Shown: positions 41,446 to 56,049, counted from the stretch's first letter. The stretch: DNA of 64,000 nucleotides from Eledone cirrhosa (GCA_964016885.1 OZ024752.1:1612001-1676000); one strand, 5' to 3'. Numbers and translations are program-made. The notes: generated from the sequence alone by a model not told the origin.

Positions 41446-41515
41446 GATCGTAGTACTGTAGTGATGGTGTTGAAGTTGAAGTAGAAATAGAAGTTGAGGT
41501 AACTTGACTAGAGTT

Positions 41516-44500
41516 TTATTATTATTATTATTATTACAGTTGCATTTATCTTGCTTTATGTTCATACGAGTTATCACCAAGTCACAACCAGTGACCTCAA
41601 GAGACAACAAGGTCCGCCATGTTCAAGAAAGAACATACATACTCACACATGCATCTTTAGTGTTTAGACTTGTGATGTACATATATTGACAGAATCTTCC
41701 TTAGTATATGGGCAGTTCACATTAGTACTATCTTTTGTATTTCTCCTATACGCGGGTTTCCTGGGATTTGCGATAAGTAATCAATAGACCCCTTAGGTAT
41801 CATTCCCAGAGCGCCTACAACCACTGGTATTGTTTTAGTTCTCAATTTCCACATTTTTCCAATTTCTATCTCCAGGTCCTTATACTTGCTCAATTTTTCA
41901 AATGTTTTTATAGATACATTCTTGTCTATTGGAACAGACATATCATTTAGCAGGCATACCCTCTTTTTAAAGTCCTTCAATATTATATCAGGTCTATTTG
42001 CATCTATTTTTCGGTCTGTTTGGATGCTAAAGTTCCACAGGATTGAGATGTGATCTTTTTCAAGTATGGGAGGTGGTTGATGCTCCCACCAATTCTTTTG
42101 ATGGGGCAGGTCAAAATGCTTACACATTATCCAATGTATGTATTGTGCAGCTCTGTCATGCCTGTTTAGGTATTCGGTTGGAGCTATAGGACTGCACATT
42201 GAAATTATATGGTCAATGGTCTCTGGTTGGTTTTTGCATACACGGCATAATGGGGTGCATCCATTTTTTATTATGTTGGCTTGGTAATTTTTTGTTGGCA
42301 GACACTGACCTTGTGCTGATATAATCAGTCCTTCAGTCTCCGATTTCAGTCCAGAGGATGCCAACCACTGATGGGTTAATGTTTTGTAAACATCAGGATT
42401 GTTAGCTCGCTCTGGGTATTTTCCATACAGAGGCTTTTCTTGTAATTTCTTAGCCAGTTTCTGTAGCAGTTCTTTCTTTGCAGTTACTTTTACCTGCTTT
42501 GCTTTTTCTGTGTTTTCCATTTCAGCAGTAAATGGGACTTCTGAAATTTGTAGTCCATTACTGTATCTTTGTGCATCTTTTGTAATGGAATATGATCTTT
42601 TGATGCTTTCGTGTTTCAAAACGAGTTTGATCATCCAATCATGTGATTCCCTTAGATATGTAGATAATCCAATTGTCGCAGTTTTCAACGCAATGTCTAA
42701 CTGGATTAACCCACGTCCCCCTTCTTTCCTAGGGAGATATATTCTATCTATATCTGCCTTAGGGTGATGCATTCTGTACATGGTTAAGAATTTTCGAATT
42801 TTTGTATCGAGCCTACGGATCTCTGTGCTTGACCAGTTGATTACATTGTAACTGTAGGTTACTACTGGTATGGAAAGCGTGTTTATGGCATCGATCCTAT
42901 TCCTTGCATTCAATTCCGTTCTTAAGATTGCTATTACTCTGCGGTAACATTCCTTCCTTATCCTTTCCCTCATTGTCGAGTGCTTGATTCCGTCTCCTTC
43001 ACAAACACCTAGATATTTGTAAGTTTTTTCTTGATCAAGTTCTCTTATCACGTTCCCCCGATCAAGATTAATGTCTGAACTCTTCAGCAGCTTTCCTCTG
43101 GTGAACGTTGCTTTGGCGCATTTATCTAGTCCAAACTCCATTTTAATGTCATCACTGAACTGCTCCACAGTGGATAATAGCCCTTGCAATTGTTCATCAT
43201 TTTTTGCAAATAGTTTCAGGTCATCCATGTAGAACAGGTGATTAATGGTTTTGTCATAGACTTTATATCCATGTTTTGTTTCATTGAGCATTTTACTTAA
43301 TGGTATAAGTGCGATGCAGAATAAAAGCGGTGATAAAGAGTCACCCTGATAAATTCCACAATTAATATTAACTTCTCCAGCTTCCAGTGATTTTGTTTCA
43401 CTATTCAAAAGGAGTGTCGTTTTCCATGTCTTCATACTGAATGACAAAAACCTCCTGACAACGGGGGATATTTTGAAAATCTCTAAACATTTTTCAATCC
43501 AACTGTGTGGCAAACTATCGAATGCTTTTTTATAATCTATCCAAGCAATCGATAGATTTTTGTGTCAATTATGACAATCTTCCAGTATCATTTTGTTAAC
43601 CAGAAGCTGATCCTTACAGCCATATGAGCCTCGTTTACACCCTTTCTGCTCAATGGGAAATAGGTCATTTGTTATCAGATTGTCATATGTGTATTCAGTT
43701 AGGACTGATGTTAACATTTTATACATTGTGGTCAAGCAAGTTATCGGTCTGTAAATTTTGGGATTGTTTGTCTCATCATTCTTCGGAAGCAGGAATGTAA
43801 TGCCGTTAACTAGCCATGATGGTATCTTTTCTGGCTCCTTAACTATTTCATTGTAAAGTTGGGCTAACAGCTCATGAGACTCTGTGAAGGCATTTATCCA
43901 AAAGTTTTGTATTTTGTCTTTTCCTGGGGATTTCCATTTGCTCGTTTTTCTTAGAGCCAAGCGCAACTGTTCAACTGTTATATTTTCCCATATTTGTTCC
44001 TCAAGGTGAGCTGTATCTTTCATTTGTCTGTCTGTCCATGGGGCATGTATGTTATGAACTTTTTCTTCGGCCCAGATCTTTTCCCAGAATTCTTGCACTT
44101 CCTCCTTGGGTGGTATTGATTTAGCAGTTATTGTTGACTTACCAATTTTTCTGTAGAAGTTTCTTTGGTTGTTTTTGAACATATTATTGTCCTTATAGAA
44201 TCTAGATCGTTTTTCAAAGCGCCTATACGGGCAGCTTTGGCCGACACTTTTTGCTTGATTATTTCTATCAGAATGTCTATGTCACATGTTGATTTTATAC
44301 TGTATTTTTTTTTCAATTTTCTAAGTTTAGTTTGTCTAACATGTTCACCTACTTTATAGTTTGTTAAAATGTCTATGTCAGATCGGAGAAGGTTTATTTG
44401 GCGATTGATGTTCGCTTGCCAAGTAGATTTCTTGTGGGAATTCCTTTGTTTTTTCATCTTCACTCCACATAAGTGAGTGGTGACTTTAGCCGATGCATAA

Positions 44501-45500
44501 TAGAGATGATTTAAATCAGTAATGTTTAGTTTGTTTGTGATGATAATGTTTTTGAGAATTATGTTAGTCTTGTGTATTATCTTTTGGTTCTGTTTGGAGT
44601 TCTGGATCTTAGGGAGGGTGTCTCGTTGCCCCATGTCAGATTCTTTCGATCATAATTTCATCCATTCGATCATAATTTCATCCTTCAAGTTGGCAAGTTC
44701 ATTCTCATTCATTTCTTTATCATTTACGATCTCATTGTTTTCATTTGGAGTTTCATCCTGAGCATGCACTGCCTCCACTTTTTCGATCCTTTCTTTAATT
44801 TGTTCTGTTGCCAGTGATTCCGCCCCAACCCTGGGGTTCGAAGTGTTACAGTTTACCTCGTTTTCACTGACACATGTTTCATTTTCCCTTCGCTGACTTT
44901 GTGCTAATAGCTTGATCTGATCAATTTCTATATCAGTTAGTAACTTTTTTCTTACAATATTTCTTCGTATATTGGCTAGTTTGTTACTGTCAATATAGCC
45001 TCTGTTTTCGGGATGTTTCTTTTTCCAGTTGATATATGTCTGTTCTGTATTCGATGTATTTGATGGGTAGTACATGGCAGTGTAGAAAGCCTCAAGGACT
45101 TCTTTATTATCTTCCCTTGACCATTTTTCTCTCTTTTTCTTTGGATTTCTTGGTGGTGAGCATGGAGGGCCAACAGTAGGAGTATTCCGGTTATGGGAGG
45201 TCTCCAGCTCCGAAGTGATGGGAAGGTTTGAACCATTAGCTGAATTTTCGACCCCAGTCTGGTTCCTCTCTGAGGGACGCGACCCTTTTTTACCCGGGTG
45301 ACGGCCGATCCGGTATGAGATTTTATCATTAGACATTTACTTTATTTTGTCGCGTTTTATCCTTATCCGCCAAGGGGTAATCATTTCGTGTTACCACTTC
45401 TAGAACGAGTGTCAACCAAGACTAGAGGGGTCGTTCTCCCCTAGAGACACGGCTATTCCCCGCCGGCCACCATCCCGGTATTTCTTGGTCACGGGGTTTT
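41516..45500 (-). mobile_element. Near-full-length R4/Dong-clade non-LTR retrotransposon
   Basis: Single long disrupted ORF, a ~120-nt 3' UTR ending in (TAA)7 at 41516-41536 and a GC-richer structured 5' UTR. The 5' boundary is uncertain (45500-45790). Confidence 0.9.
41657..45336 (-). pseudogene. R4/Dong polyprotein (RT + CCHC zinc finger + restriction-like endonuclease), ~1220 codons, disrupted
   Basis: Motifs KSPGKD, YRPITCL, EQKG, GIYQGDSLSPLLF, YMDD, YKYLG, GGRGL, CRVC..PETIDHIISMC, RHD, RPDII..D, KLSKY. TGA stops at 44650, 43565 and 41717, a frameshift near 44220 and the natural stop at 41657-41659 after TAHILRKILS. Confidence 0.93.
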
Positions 45501-46507
45501 CTTTTTGTTGTTTTTTTAAAATTGTTATTATCATGAGCGGTTCCTTAATGTGAGCATTGCGTGGCTTAAGAATGAAATTATTAATAATTGTCTCCACTCC
45601 AGGCACACGGCCAGCAATCACCCAGTGCATTACAATAATATAATATACTTTTTGCTGTAGTTGCCTGTTATTGTTGTTGGCTATGTCGGTGGTGGTGCCG
45701 GGGCTTTTTATATTGTTGGTGAGGAAGGGGTGAGCCAGCAGTCCCATAGTTGTTGCTGTTGACGTTTGGCCGGTGGCCAGGTCACTAAGTCAATCTATTT
45801 ATATCTTTTGCTAGCCTCTCCCTTGTCTAGTGATACCGCCACCTTCCCCTTTCTCTCTCAAGTTAACAGGGAATAGTGGTGGTAGCAATGAAGGAGTGGT
45901 GGCGGCGGCGATGGGATAGTGGTAGCAAGATGATGGATGGGGTGGTGGCGGCGGTGGCGTTGTGGTTACTGGGTTTTGTGATATGTAGTATCTATGAGTT
46001 TGTGTTCGTATGTTTAATATATATTGTGTTGACATATTCCCGTAAAATTGGGATTAAACATTTTGTTAAAATTTGAGACAATAATAATAGTAATTATTAT
46101 TATCATGCTGGGATTGATGGTGGTGGTGGTGAAATTGCCGTTATCTGGCTGTTATATTTAGTGTGATGGGATAGGTGGTGTATCAACTTTCTGGTGTTGG
46201 TGAAATTGCTGTTATTTGGCTGTTCTATATAGTGTAGACAGAGGGTGTTTTCTTCCATTTATAACCATTTTCTTTTTTTTGAATACAAAATATATAATAC
46301 AAAATTGAATATTTGAGCGATATAACAATATAATATGGATCCGAAATTGTATGGGACTTCATTCGGTGGATTATGCAACATTTGTACTAAGAATTGTTAT
46401 TTCACAATTGATTTAAATATGTTAAAAATCAAAAACTTACGGGAGCGATTTCATGACCTTCTACCACCTCGTGCGTCTCCTTCCCTTCTTCCGTGCGTCT
46501 CCTTCCC

Positions 46508-46555
<48 letters not shown>

Positions 46556-46996
46556 CTTACATATATCTATGCGTATGCGTAAAAGTAAAATACATTTTCT
46601 TTTCATCGAATTGTCAGCTATTAATATGAATAATTGATTTCAAATGGTTAGCTTGTTATAGGGGCTCGTTTTATGAGATTAGTATATGAATTATCCTTTG
46701 TTTTCCTATAAAAAAAAGTGTTTAGAAGGTAAAGGTATAATATATAGATAAATTAATTTATAGCACATAGCATACATATGTGCTTGGGATATGTGAATGG
46801 AATGACTAGACTGATTTAAAAGCATTGTAATGATATACAATTCAAAGTTACTTTAAAGCTCAGACAATGCATTTGAAGAAGTAAAACATGGATTTTTTAA
46901 AATGTCCCACTAAGATAATCCCAGGGCAAAGAGAGCGAACTCTTGTCACTAGGGGCGAATGGTGCTTGTATTATTTTATTTACATATTTATATATT

Positions 46997-47185
46997 GGTG
47001 GTGGATTGGCAGTATTGGTTGAGGGTCTGACGCCATGCTTTACAGCAAAGAGTTACGGCCCTTTATCGTTTGATTTCAAATCTCACTGAGGTCAACTTTG
47101 ACTTTCATTTTTACGCGGTCGATAAAATAAAGTACTAGCAATGTACTGGGATAATTGCTGGCCTTGGACCAATAGTAGACAATTA
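46997..47185 (+). mobile_element. SINE family A, full length, diverged
   Basis: ggtggtggattggcagtattgg...gaggtcaactttgac...ggtcgataaaataaagtac. Confidence 0.85.
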
Positions 47186-48959
47186 TTTTATTTTACCCAT
47201 GGCACATCACTATAATTCTTTGGTGGGATATATCCACATCTACTTCCTTCAATATCTGAAACATTCATAATATGATCAACTCATTTGGTCTGTCACACAC
47301 ACACATATATATATATATATGTGTGTATGTATAAACATATATTTGTGCATGTGTGGGTTGATGTCTGTGTATTTGTGCTCGTGTGTGTGTCTGTGTGCAT
47401 GTGTGTGCGCGCGCTGGATTCTATGAATCGGGTACATTCATAGAATTCAATTGCAGCAGTGTGTGAAAAGATATGTTCAAGTATCATTTGTATGTTCAAA
47501 AGTTAGTTTTCGTTACTCTATATTACAATGAATCAAATGGAATATATAAAATTTAAAATAAATATACACAACAATCTACTTCAAGAAATGATTCAAGATA
47601 AGTTTAATTCGTGTATTTCTTTATTCTACTGCATAAATATAGAATATAAAAATCTATCCGAATTACATCAATGTTAATGTAGAAATACTGATAGCGAATA
47701 GGATGAACAGAGTCTACTCAGAAACAAATTTGATAAGAAGTATGCATAATTATACTCGACAATCCTTTACATTCCGTGTAAGAATCAATCTTCTAGTTTC
47801 CTCTTATTTAGGATCTTTATAAGTTACATCTTCTCCAATGTTCTATAATCCTCTCCGATTCAATTTTTACATTGTATATTTATGAAGAATATTTTAATTA
47901 TTTAGTTCTTATTTATATTTTTTATTAAAAATAATAGAGTAGGAAGAAGCTGTTTCTGCACGAATTATTCCATTTTTGCTTTCATCAACTTCTATATGAA
48001 ATCATTCTACTGTAAACAGCACGGAGATAGCTATTTCATATTTTTAGTGTAATTATATAATTAATTATTCTATAGTTTTCCTGCTGTAAAGAATTATTTG
48101 CCGATAGAAATTATCTCTAAATATTAGCTTGCTAATGTTCTGAATTCTTTCTCAAGTGTAAGAAAACAAATCTCCTCAACTTACAAGAGTAGAATCATTC
48201 TCATTATATAACAATGTTTGTTGAATATATGCGTCGGAGACAAGAATTATACACTTAAAAACAGGATTATGTATAGCATTTGAGATATTTGAAAACATGA
48301 CAAGTCTTAATATTATTTACACCATCAATTACATAAGATTAAGATTAATATCTTTGATGTTTCGAACACAGAATCTAAAAAAAGAAATGTTTATAATGAT
48401 GCTGCGATATATTTTCTGAGAAGAACATGCACACACAAACACATAACATGCAAAGAAAGTAAGAGAGAGATAGAGGGAGAGAGGAGGATATGTATATTTA
48501 TATAAATGTGTGCCTGTGATGTGTTTAAATCCATGACTTCTGTGTGTGTTTGTGTAAGCGTGTGTATCTTTGTACTGATAGGAAGCTAGTGATTCATTAC
48601 ATCTCTACTAAACAAAAGGAATCAGTGAATTATGATACAGCGGAAGATACTAATTGACCGTCCTTCAAATATTGACATTGTTACCACCAGCTCATGGGGT
48701 TCACTTGGTGTTTTCTAATTCATAATCCGTAGCCAACTTTAACAAAGCTTTAGAAATCAAGCATCAATCAAACAGTTTGAACAGCACGTCATAAAAGCGA
48801 CACATTTTACACATCATAGAAAACGCTCTTTTTAAATATCCCCGTTTGTAGCAGACACTTTTACTGGAATGGCTCATAAATATATCGCACAGAACATTAA
48901 AATCCGTTTAAACCACTGCTCAGAATATATTTGATGAGGAAAGAAGCAGGGGCACATAG

Positions 48960-49118
48960 GAGCAAAGATAGTCAATGCCGCGGTTACATAATGTGTGTCG
49001 AAAGAATTTTGACAAATGAATGAATAACGAGCAAAAGATAAGGTGAAAAATCATATGGTGCGTTTTTTTTCGTTTAATTGGTAATGTCGGCAACTTGACT
49101 ATCCCCAAATATAACAAA
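48960..49118 (+). mobile_element. Old degenerate copy of family F1b
   Basis: gtca..ggttacataatgtgtgtcgaaagaattttgacaa (decayed hammerhead) and end ggcaacttgactatccccaaatataacaa. Confidence 0.55.
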
Positions 49119-49759
49119 CATAGAAAGCAATTGCAAAATAAATGTTGAACGGAATATAATAAATATTTCAACTATAAAAGTAAATCAGACAGCACCGCTA
49201 TAAACAATAACACAAAGTCTTCAAAAGACAAAGCATTTCGAGAACCTAGATCTAGCAGATATGCTAATATTCTAAAAATAAATAAAGGAAAATAACGAGA
49301 ACAACTATGATGAAATTAAGAAGGCAGTAAAACTACATACTCTCGGATAACAATAAATAAGAACGTAACGTATTTATTGAAACACAGCAATCATATTATC
49401 TTAAAGAGTACAGGGAATTTCCATCACAAATAATAACTATAGGCTAATAAATCGTCTGACAATTAGTTTTGAGAGAAAAATAAACTAATATAAAACTTGA
49501 TTAATGTTAAAAGTATAAACGCCACAAGATAATACAATATATTCCCATCAGCATTGTAGTCATGTGTTGTAGTAATATTATGCTATTATATCATCCAACA
49601 AGAACAAACACGTATTTATGAATCTAAAACCAACACATCTTCCTTTGAAAGCGTATAATTTCTCGAAAATTTGCATCCAATTGGAACTGAAAAGCTTCAC
49701 ATTTCTTTTAATCGGTGACCCTGGATGGTGTGCGTGTAACTCCATTAAAGGAGTCAAAC

Positions 49760-50000
49760 TGATTTTATTATGAGACCTCGTCTATCCGTGGCTATTCTGC
49801 ATTGAGCTAAAACTACTCAGCAATTTATTAAATAACTCTGGTTATGAAACAGAGAATCGAATATCAAACTGTTTAATTTATATGGATGACTTGAAATCCT
49901 TTGCCAAAAATGATAACCAAAGATTACCTACTAGCATTTGTAAAGAGTTGTAATGATGGCATTACCATGGAATTCGGACGAAATACAAATGTGCTAAATT
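49760..50000 (+). pseudogene. Decayed R4/Dong-type RT fragment
   Basis: WLFCIELKLLSNLLNNSGY...LIYMDDLKSFAKND...MEFG..KCAK parallels the 43.1-43.3 kb RT core. Confidence 0.8.
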
Positions 50001-51066
50001 TAAACTCAAGTATTTACAATATGTTAAACCGAGAATAAACTCACCATACCTGGCTGGTTCTAAGAAATCTGTTTTGACATGTTGTATGGTGGAAAGCAAA
50101 TCAATTGTTCTAAATATTTTCCCTCGTTCCATATTTTTTTTTCCTCCTCACCGCTATCCCAAGCCTTTTCTGATTTCGCCATCGGCATGTCACCATTCAA
50201 CAAAGAGTCTTTCCATATGCTGGACGGAAGTTTCAGGTTTACTATGTAAACCATCTTCGTACAATTTTTTCCTCCATTACTTCTATCTGTTTTAAAATGA
50301 AGTCAAGGATGTGGCCGCTTGGATGGGAATCGTTTCTGTTTGCTGGCAGCGGAATTGAAACCGTGTTGTTATTCGCTATTTTACTAGAAAGTTAAATTAA
50401 TGGTTGGCTGACTGCGTTAGTTGTTGTCTGGTTCGTTGGACATTCGTATATTTTATGCTTCAGGTTTGTTGTTGTTGATTATCTTACTATTGATATTGCT
50501 GGTGTCCTTCTTGTTGACAGTGGTGGCGGTTGTTTTGTTAATGATATTAGTGTTAGAGGTGAACAGTTGTGGTGGTGGTGTTGACTTTCTTGTTGCACAC
50601 TTATTCCAGGAGTGGTTGAAATTTCTATGCATTTTAGCTCATGAAGATTATTTCTGTTCCGTTTTGTGGATGTGGGATTTTGCATCTGTGTTTCGGAGGG
50701 GTGGCGGAAATTATACAATTAGATGTGGATATAAATATACAATATTTGGGCAAAACTCTGAATAAGATCTGGTCGCTATTTATACTTTGTAAAATGGTTT
50801 GAAAGCTATTTAACAGGAGCTGACACGTCGACACGTGGAGCTAAACAAAAACAAAAGCTAAGGCATCGACGAAAACATCGGCAAGGGCAACAACGACGAC
50901 AACTGCAGCACCAACAACAGTTAGGCACAAATCCAACACTTTTTGGGGAGGTGAAAGTCGATTAAATTCATCTCAGTGTGATACTGAGACTTTAATTTAC
51001 AACCTCTTAAATATGAAAGGCAATAATAATAATAACAACAATAACAATGACAACCACGACAACAAC

Positions 51067-51171
51067 GAAGAAGAAGAAGAAGAAGAAGAAGAAGAAGAAG
51101 AAGAAGAAGAAGAAGAAGAAGAAGAAGAAGAAGAAGAAGAAGAAGAAGAAGAAGAAGAAGAAGAAGAAGAA
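51067..51171. repeat. (GAA)n microsatellite
   Basis: About 34 perfect units. Confidence 0.95.
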
Positions 51172-52329
51172 TGATGATACTGGCGATTATGAAGACGAAG
51201 GAGGAGAAAAATACATAGATACAACGTAATCCCCTTTTCCTAAGCAACCATATGTCTCTATTAATACCTATCCACTTTACAATTCTCCGGGATGCAGTTT
51301 AAGCACAATTTCTGTAAATTAATTAAGATAAAACGGATTCGATTTTCTCTTGACAGCAAAATCCTTTAACTATTTTTGGTCATTAAATATAATTGTTCTT
51401 TTAAGTGATTCTACAGAACGGACTTCCATGACGAAATAAAAAAAAGAAAAACGGAAACTCTTCAACATCTGAATGGAACTCAACGTCATACACATCTTCA
51501 TACTAATTATCATCCAGAACATCAACAACCCAATCATTAACAGCAGTGTTGTAAATGAATTTCTATACGTGATAAATTTCATCATCTTAATCATCATTCA
51601 GAGCGACATAATGTTCATCAGGTGACGAGGTTAATATTGACGATGATAGTGATGCCGGTAGTTTTTTTTAGGATTATGATGACGATTTTAATTAGGATCA
51701 TGCCGATGATGGAAAACAATATCACCAGTCACCAATTTTAGCACCAAGAGAGGAGAAAAATAGTTAATCTTGCAAGTGTCATTTAAATGAGAAAGTAGAT
51801 GCTCATAAAGTGGTGTCTTGAAGAAAAGAAGAAATCTGTTGTGAAAAAGTATACAAAATAAAACTAAGGCGAAATATAATACTAAAATTAAGTTTAATTA
51901 AAGGTAGCTTCATTGCATCGATAAAGCTAATTATTGTTAAGACGCCTACCTAAGTGCTGTTGAGTGAATTCAGAATTATGCAATAGACAGCCCAATTAAA
52001 GCTATCAGGAAGACTTTCGAAATACTTTAATTTTACTATATTATGTGTTCCTACTGTTAAATAAAACTGTCGCTTAGGGTCTACAATTAAATATTTCAGT
52101 AAGCCAGACCAAAGTGTCATTTACTGTGATTCAAGTTAGCTGTTTTTAATCATATTTTAATTGCTTTTCTTCGGGACACAATTAATTCGTTGAATTTTAT
52201 AACCTTTACTAAAACGCATTTAATAAATAGCATCTACAACTATACTCTGGTGTCATGAATTTTATCGCTCCAGTGTCCCGAAATCTCAATAGTAAATAAT
52301 GTTCAATTAAATAAGTGTTATATAATTAT

Positions 52330-52380
<51 letters not shown>

Positions 52381-52382
<2 letters not shown>

Positions 52383-52739
52383 CAATGATATTAAATAAAT
52401 GAAAACTATATTTATAAAACCATATTTATTCTATTATATATAATTCAAGGGTACCAAAAACTTTGGTACGCTTTTATCAGATAAAATACAAAGTGCGTTT
52501 TATAAGTTTTGACATAGCCAAGGAAACATACCTTATCAGTTGAATTTTCCTTGGATAGTCAAGGCTATGTCAACATTTATAAAATACACTTTGTAATTTA
52601 TCTGATGAAAACGTACCAAAATATTTGGTACCCTTGAAATGTATACAATAGAATGAATATGCTTTTATAAATATAGTTTCCTTTTATTTAATATCATTGA
52701 ATATTTACTCCAGAAATTTGTCGAGTGCTCTGAATCGTT

Positions 52740-52742
<3 letters not shown>
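52381..52742. mobile_element. Foldback element, family F8, one hammerhead motif per arm
   Basis: Arms ~52383-52519 and ~52563-52699, a right-only extension to 52742 and (TA)n on both sides. A solo relative lies at ~63385-63600. Confidence 0.85.
52595..52654 (+). ncRNA. Type I hammerhead motif (degenerate cleavage triplet)
   Basis: aatttat CTGATGA aaac gtacca..tggtac cctt GAAA tgtata CA atagaat. The mirror copy at 52427-52488 (-) has an 8-bp stem I but core mutations. Confidence 0.55.
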
Positions 52743-53601
<859 letters not shown>

Positions 53602-53612
53602 TAGTAATAATA

Positions 53613-53668
<56 letters not shown>

Positions 53669-53673
<5 letters not shown>

Positions 53674-54016
53674 TGTATGTATAGTATATTTGGCAATGTA
53701 CCGTATGTTTAATTAAAAACATTTTGAAGACCTTGCGCTATTGTTTTAAAGTAGTGACTATGTCACTTCCTTTTTCGGCAAAGGAAGGGAGAGAAGCTGA
53801 CAGATTCTGTTTCACACTGTTGGTGTTCCTGAGAGCAACGCCTCTGCCGAAAAATAATAGAGGCTGGATTCTTATAGAATTCCAGTAATAATCAGGATAT
53901 GATTATACAGAGCGATTGCCGGTCCAGCAAAAATTAAAAACGTGGAGTGGTGCTCTGAAATAGCGATGTATATATGAATCTATGTACAGTATATTTGGCA
54001 ATATACCGTATGTTTA
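53669..54016 (-). mobile_element. Direct-repeat-flanked element with inactivated hammerhead motif
   Basis: Direct repeats atgaat.tatgta.agtatatttggcaat.taccgtatgtttaa at 53669 and ~53973. Minus 53836-53796 reads gct CTCAGGA acac caaca gtgt GAAA cag aat ctg TC agc (G5 to C change). Confidence 0.6.
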
Positions 54017-54043
54017 AAACATATTTGTGTAAACACACAATTA

Positions 54044-54148
54044 GCAGATGATGCCCGTGTGGGTGCCTGGTTATTCCAGCGCCTTAGCCTCACCATCACC
54101 TGTGGTAATGCTGTGAGCGTGTTCGCCTGTCTGAAAGTGTGCAGTTAA
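54044..54148 (+). pseudogene. C-terminal fragment of CRE-clade non-LTR retrotransposon endonuclease
   Basis: ADDARVGAWLFQRLSLTITCGNAVSVFACLKVCS* matches the CRE FQRLS.AIQRGNA motif. Confidence 0.7.
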
Positions 54149-55710
54149 CCCCTGAGTTGTGAGGTGCGGCCGATTATCACACTTGGTGGTGAATGCTAGT
54201 ACGCCTTTTTTCCCCTCATTTTCTTTTCCTTATCATTTCTGTTCATGAATTCATATTATTATGTTATTATACACGGTTTAGACATTATATTTGTCCTTCT
54301 GAACGAATGGCGATCAATTTATAATGTTATTTACACAATGAATTATATTTTTATGCGCATTTCCGTAATACCGGCATCTTCTAATTAAGTAAGTGGAAAT
54401 TCAGTTGGCAAGTCATCATCATACATTATTTTACATTTAAATAGGCTACATGAGAAGAAATAAGCAAGTAAATTATAAAATTGTAGATGTGATTCTACAA
54501 GTGTCACACTACTTTTGTGATTTGCTTTCGCTGAGCATAAGTGTTTATTAGGAAGAACAGACATGGCAATTATGTTCGTCAATGTAATATATTCCAGATT
54601 ACCATTTGTGTATTGAAGAGAAACTAGGTTAATCTTATTTTATATGTTACGAAACTAATGTCACTCCAAATCCAGTAATGATCTTGACGACAACATTTCT
54701 ATCTAGAATTTACATGAAGAAATGAAATTGTAGATAAATTCATACATGTGCTCACAAAATAACTTTGTCAGCTATACATTCAGTGACTTACCAATTTATA
54801 TGCAAATACTACATCAGAAAGCAGAGCATGCATGTTTATAAATAATGAATTACAAATAAATGTATATACATAATATCACCTTATACCTATACACATATAC
54901 AAATAAATGTACATACATAACATCACCTTATATGTATGCACATATAGGCATATGCTGACTTATATATCAAACCAAAGTTATATACTCTCTGTTTATTTTT
55001 CTCATACCTTGTATTTCAATATTTCCACTCTTTTCCACTTTCTCTCTCCCTCAACAAAACACATTACTAATACATTTGGGGGACATACATATGCTGTTCC
55101 AATTCTCTATTCGTAACACTACTAAAACACTCTCCATGTAGATATATGTGAAACAACCCCTTGATATTATACAATATTAAGGTTAGTGACTCATCTAGGT
55201 ATAATACGTTGCCACAATCCCTGGTCACAATCTGACTGACCGTCTTCATTTTGTTCGGGTCGCTATCGAGATCTCATCTCCGCAAAATCCGGAGATGAGC
55301 ATTCTGCCCGAGGAATGTGCCCCAGGGGCTGAAATGGCTAATGCAACAAATAATGTTGTCTAGTCTCAAGGGCTGTGTTTTCTCCATCTTTTCTCCCGGA
55401 CTAACCCTCCAACCAACAGCGTAGACCTCCCTCTCCACATTTCCCCCCACTTCCAATTCATTTTATTTTATTTTTCTTTATTTTTCTGTTCTTTCTTTTA
55501 TCTCTTTCTGTTTGTAAATATAAACAAATATGTATGAAATGTTTAATAAATATAATTGCTAGAATTATATCAACATCCCACTTTATGTAGTGTATGTATA
55601 CAACTATTTCTATACGATGTTTTATGTATACATTGTCAATATATATTTCATTTTAAATATACATATCTAGCTATAGACCCCTAAATAAGATTTATCTCCT
55701 CTATTTACAT

Positions 55711-55897
55711 AATTGTTTCTACTTTAGGCACAAGGCCAGCAATTACTCAGTGCATTACTGGTACTTTATTTTATCGACCCCGTAAGGATGAAAGGCAAAG
55801 TCAACCTCGGCGGGATTTGAACTCAGATCGTAAAGGGACGTAACTATGCTGGAATGCATGGCGTCCGACCCTCTCCCGATATTGCCAATCCACCGCC
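55711..55897 (-). mobile_element. SINE family A, full length
   Basis: Very close to 27021-27204; TSD ctatttacataat. Confidence 0.9.
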
Positions 55898-56049
55898 CTC
55901 CTATTTACATAATCTATCTCCATTATAAACCATGTCGTCTTCATTTATTTACTGCATGTTCTATCTTTCTAAATCAGTCTTTCTCCAACACATTAGTTAA
56001 AATATAATATATTTATTTCAATCAGCTTTCTTTAATCTCAAATATCTAT

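Noticed and set aside
41717-44652. TGA recoding or selenocysteine readthrough in the R4 ORF (all three stops are TGA)
   Set aside because: They fall at probable W, R and G codons one substitution away, and a frameshift is also present; ordinary decay explains them.
55270-55350. HDV-like or hammerhead fold near ctcatctccg/cggagatgag and ggctaatgc
   Set aside because: The hairpins are real, but neither a consistent P1/P1.1 nor an intact CUGANGA core could be assigned.
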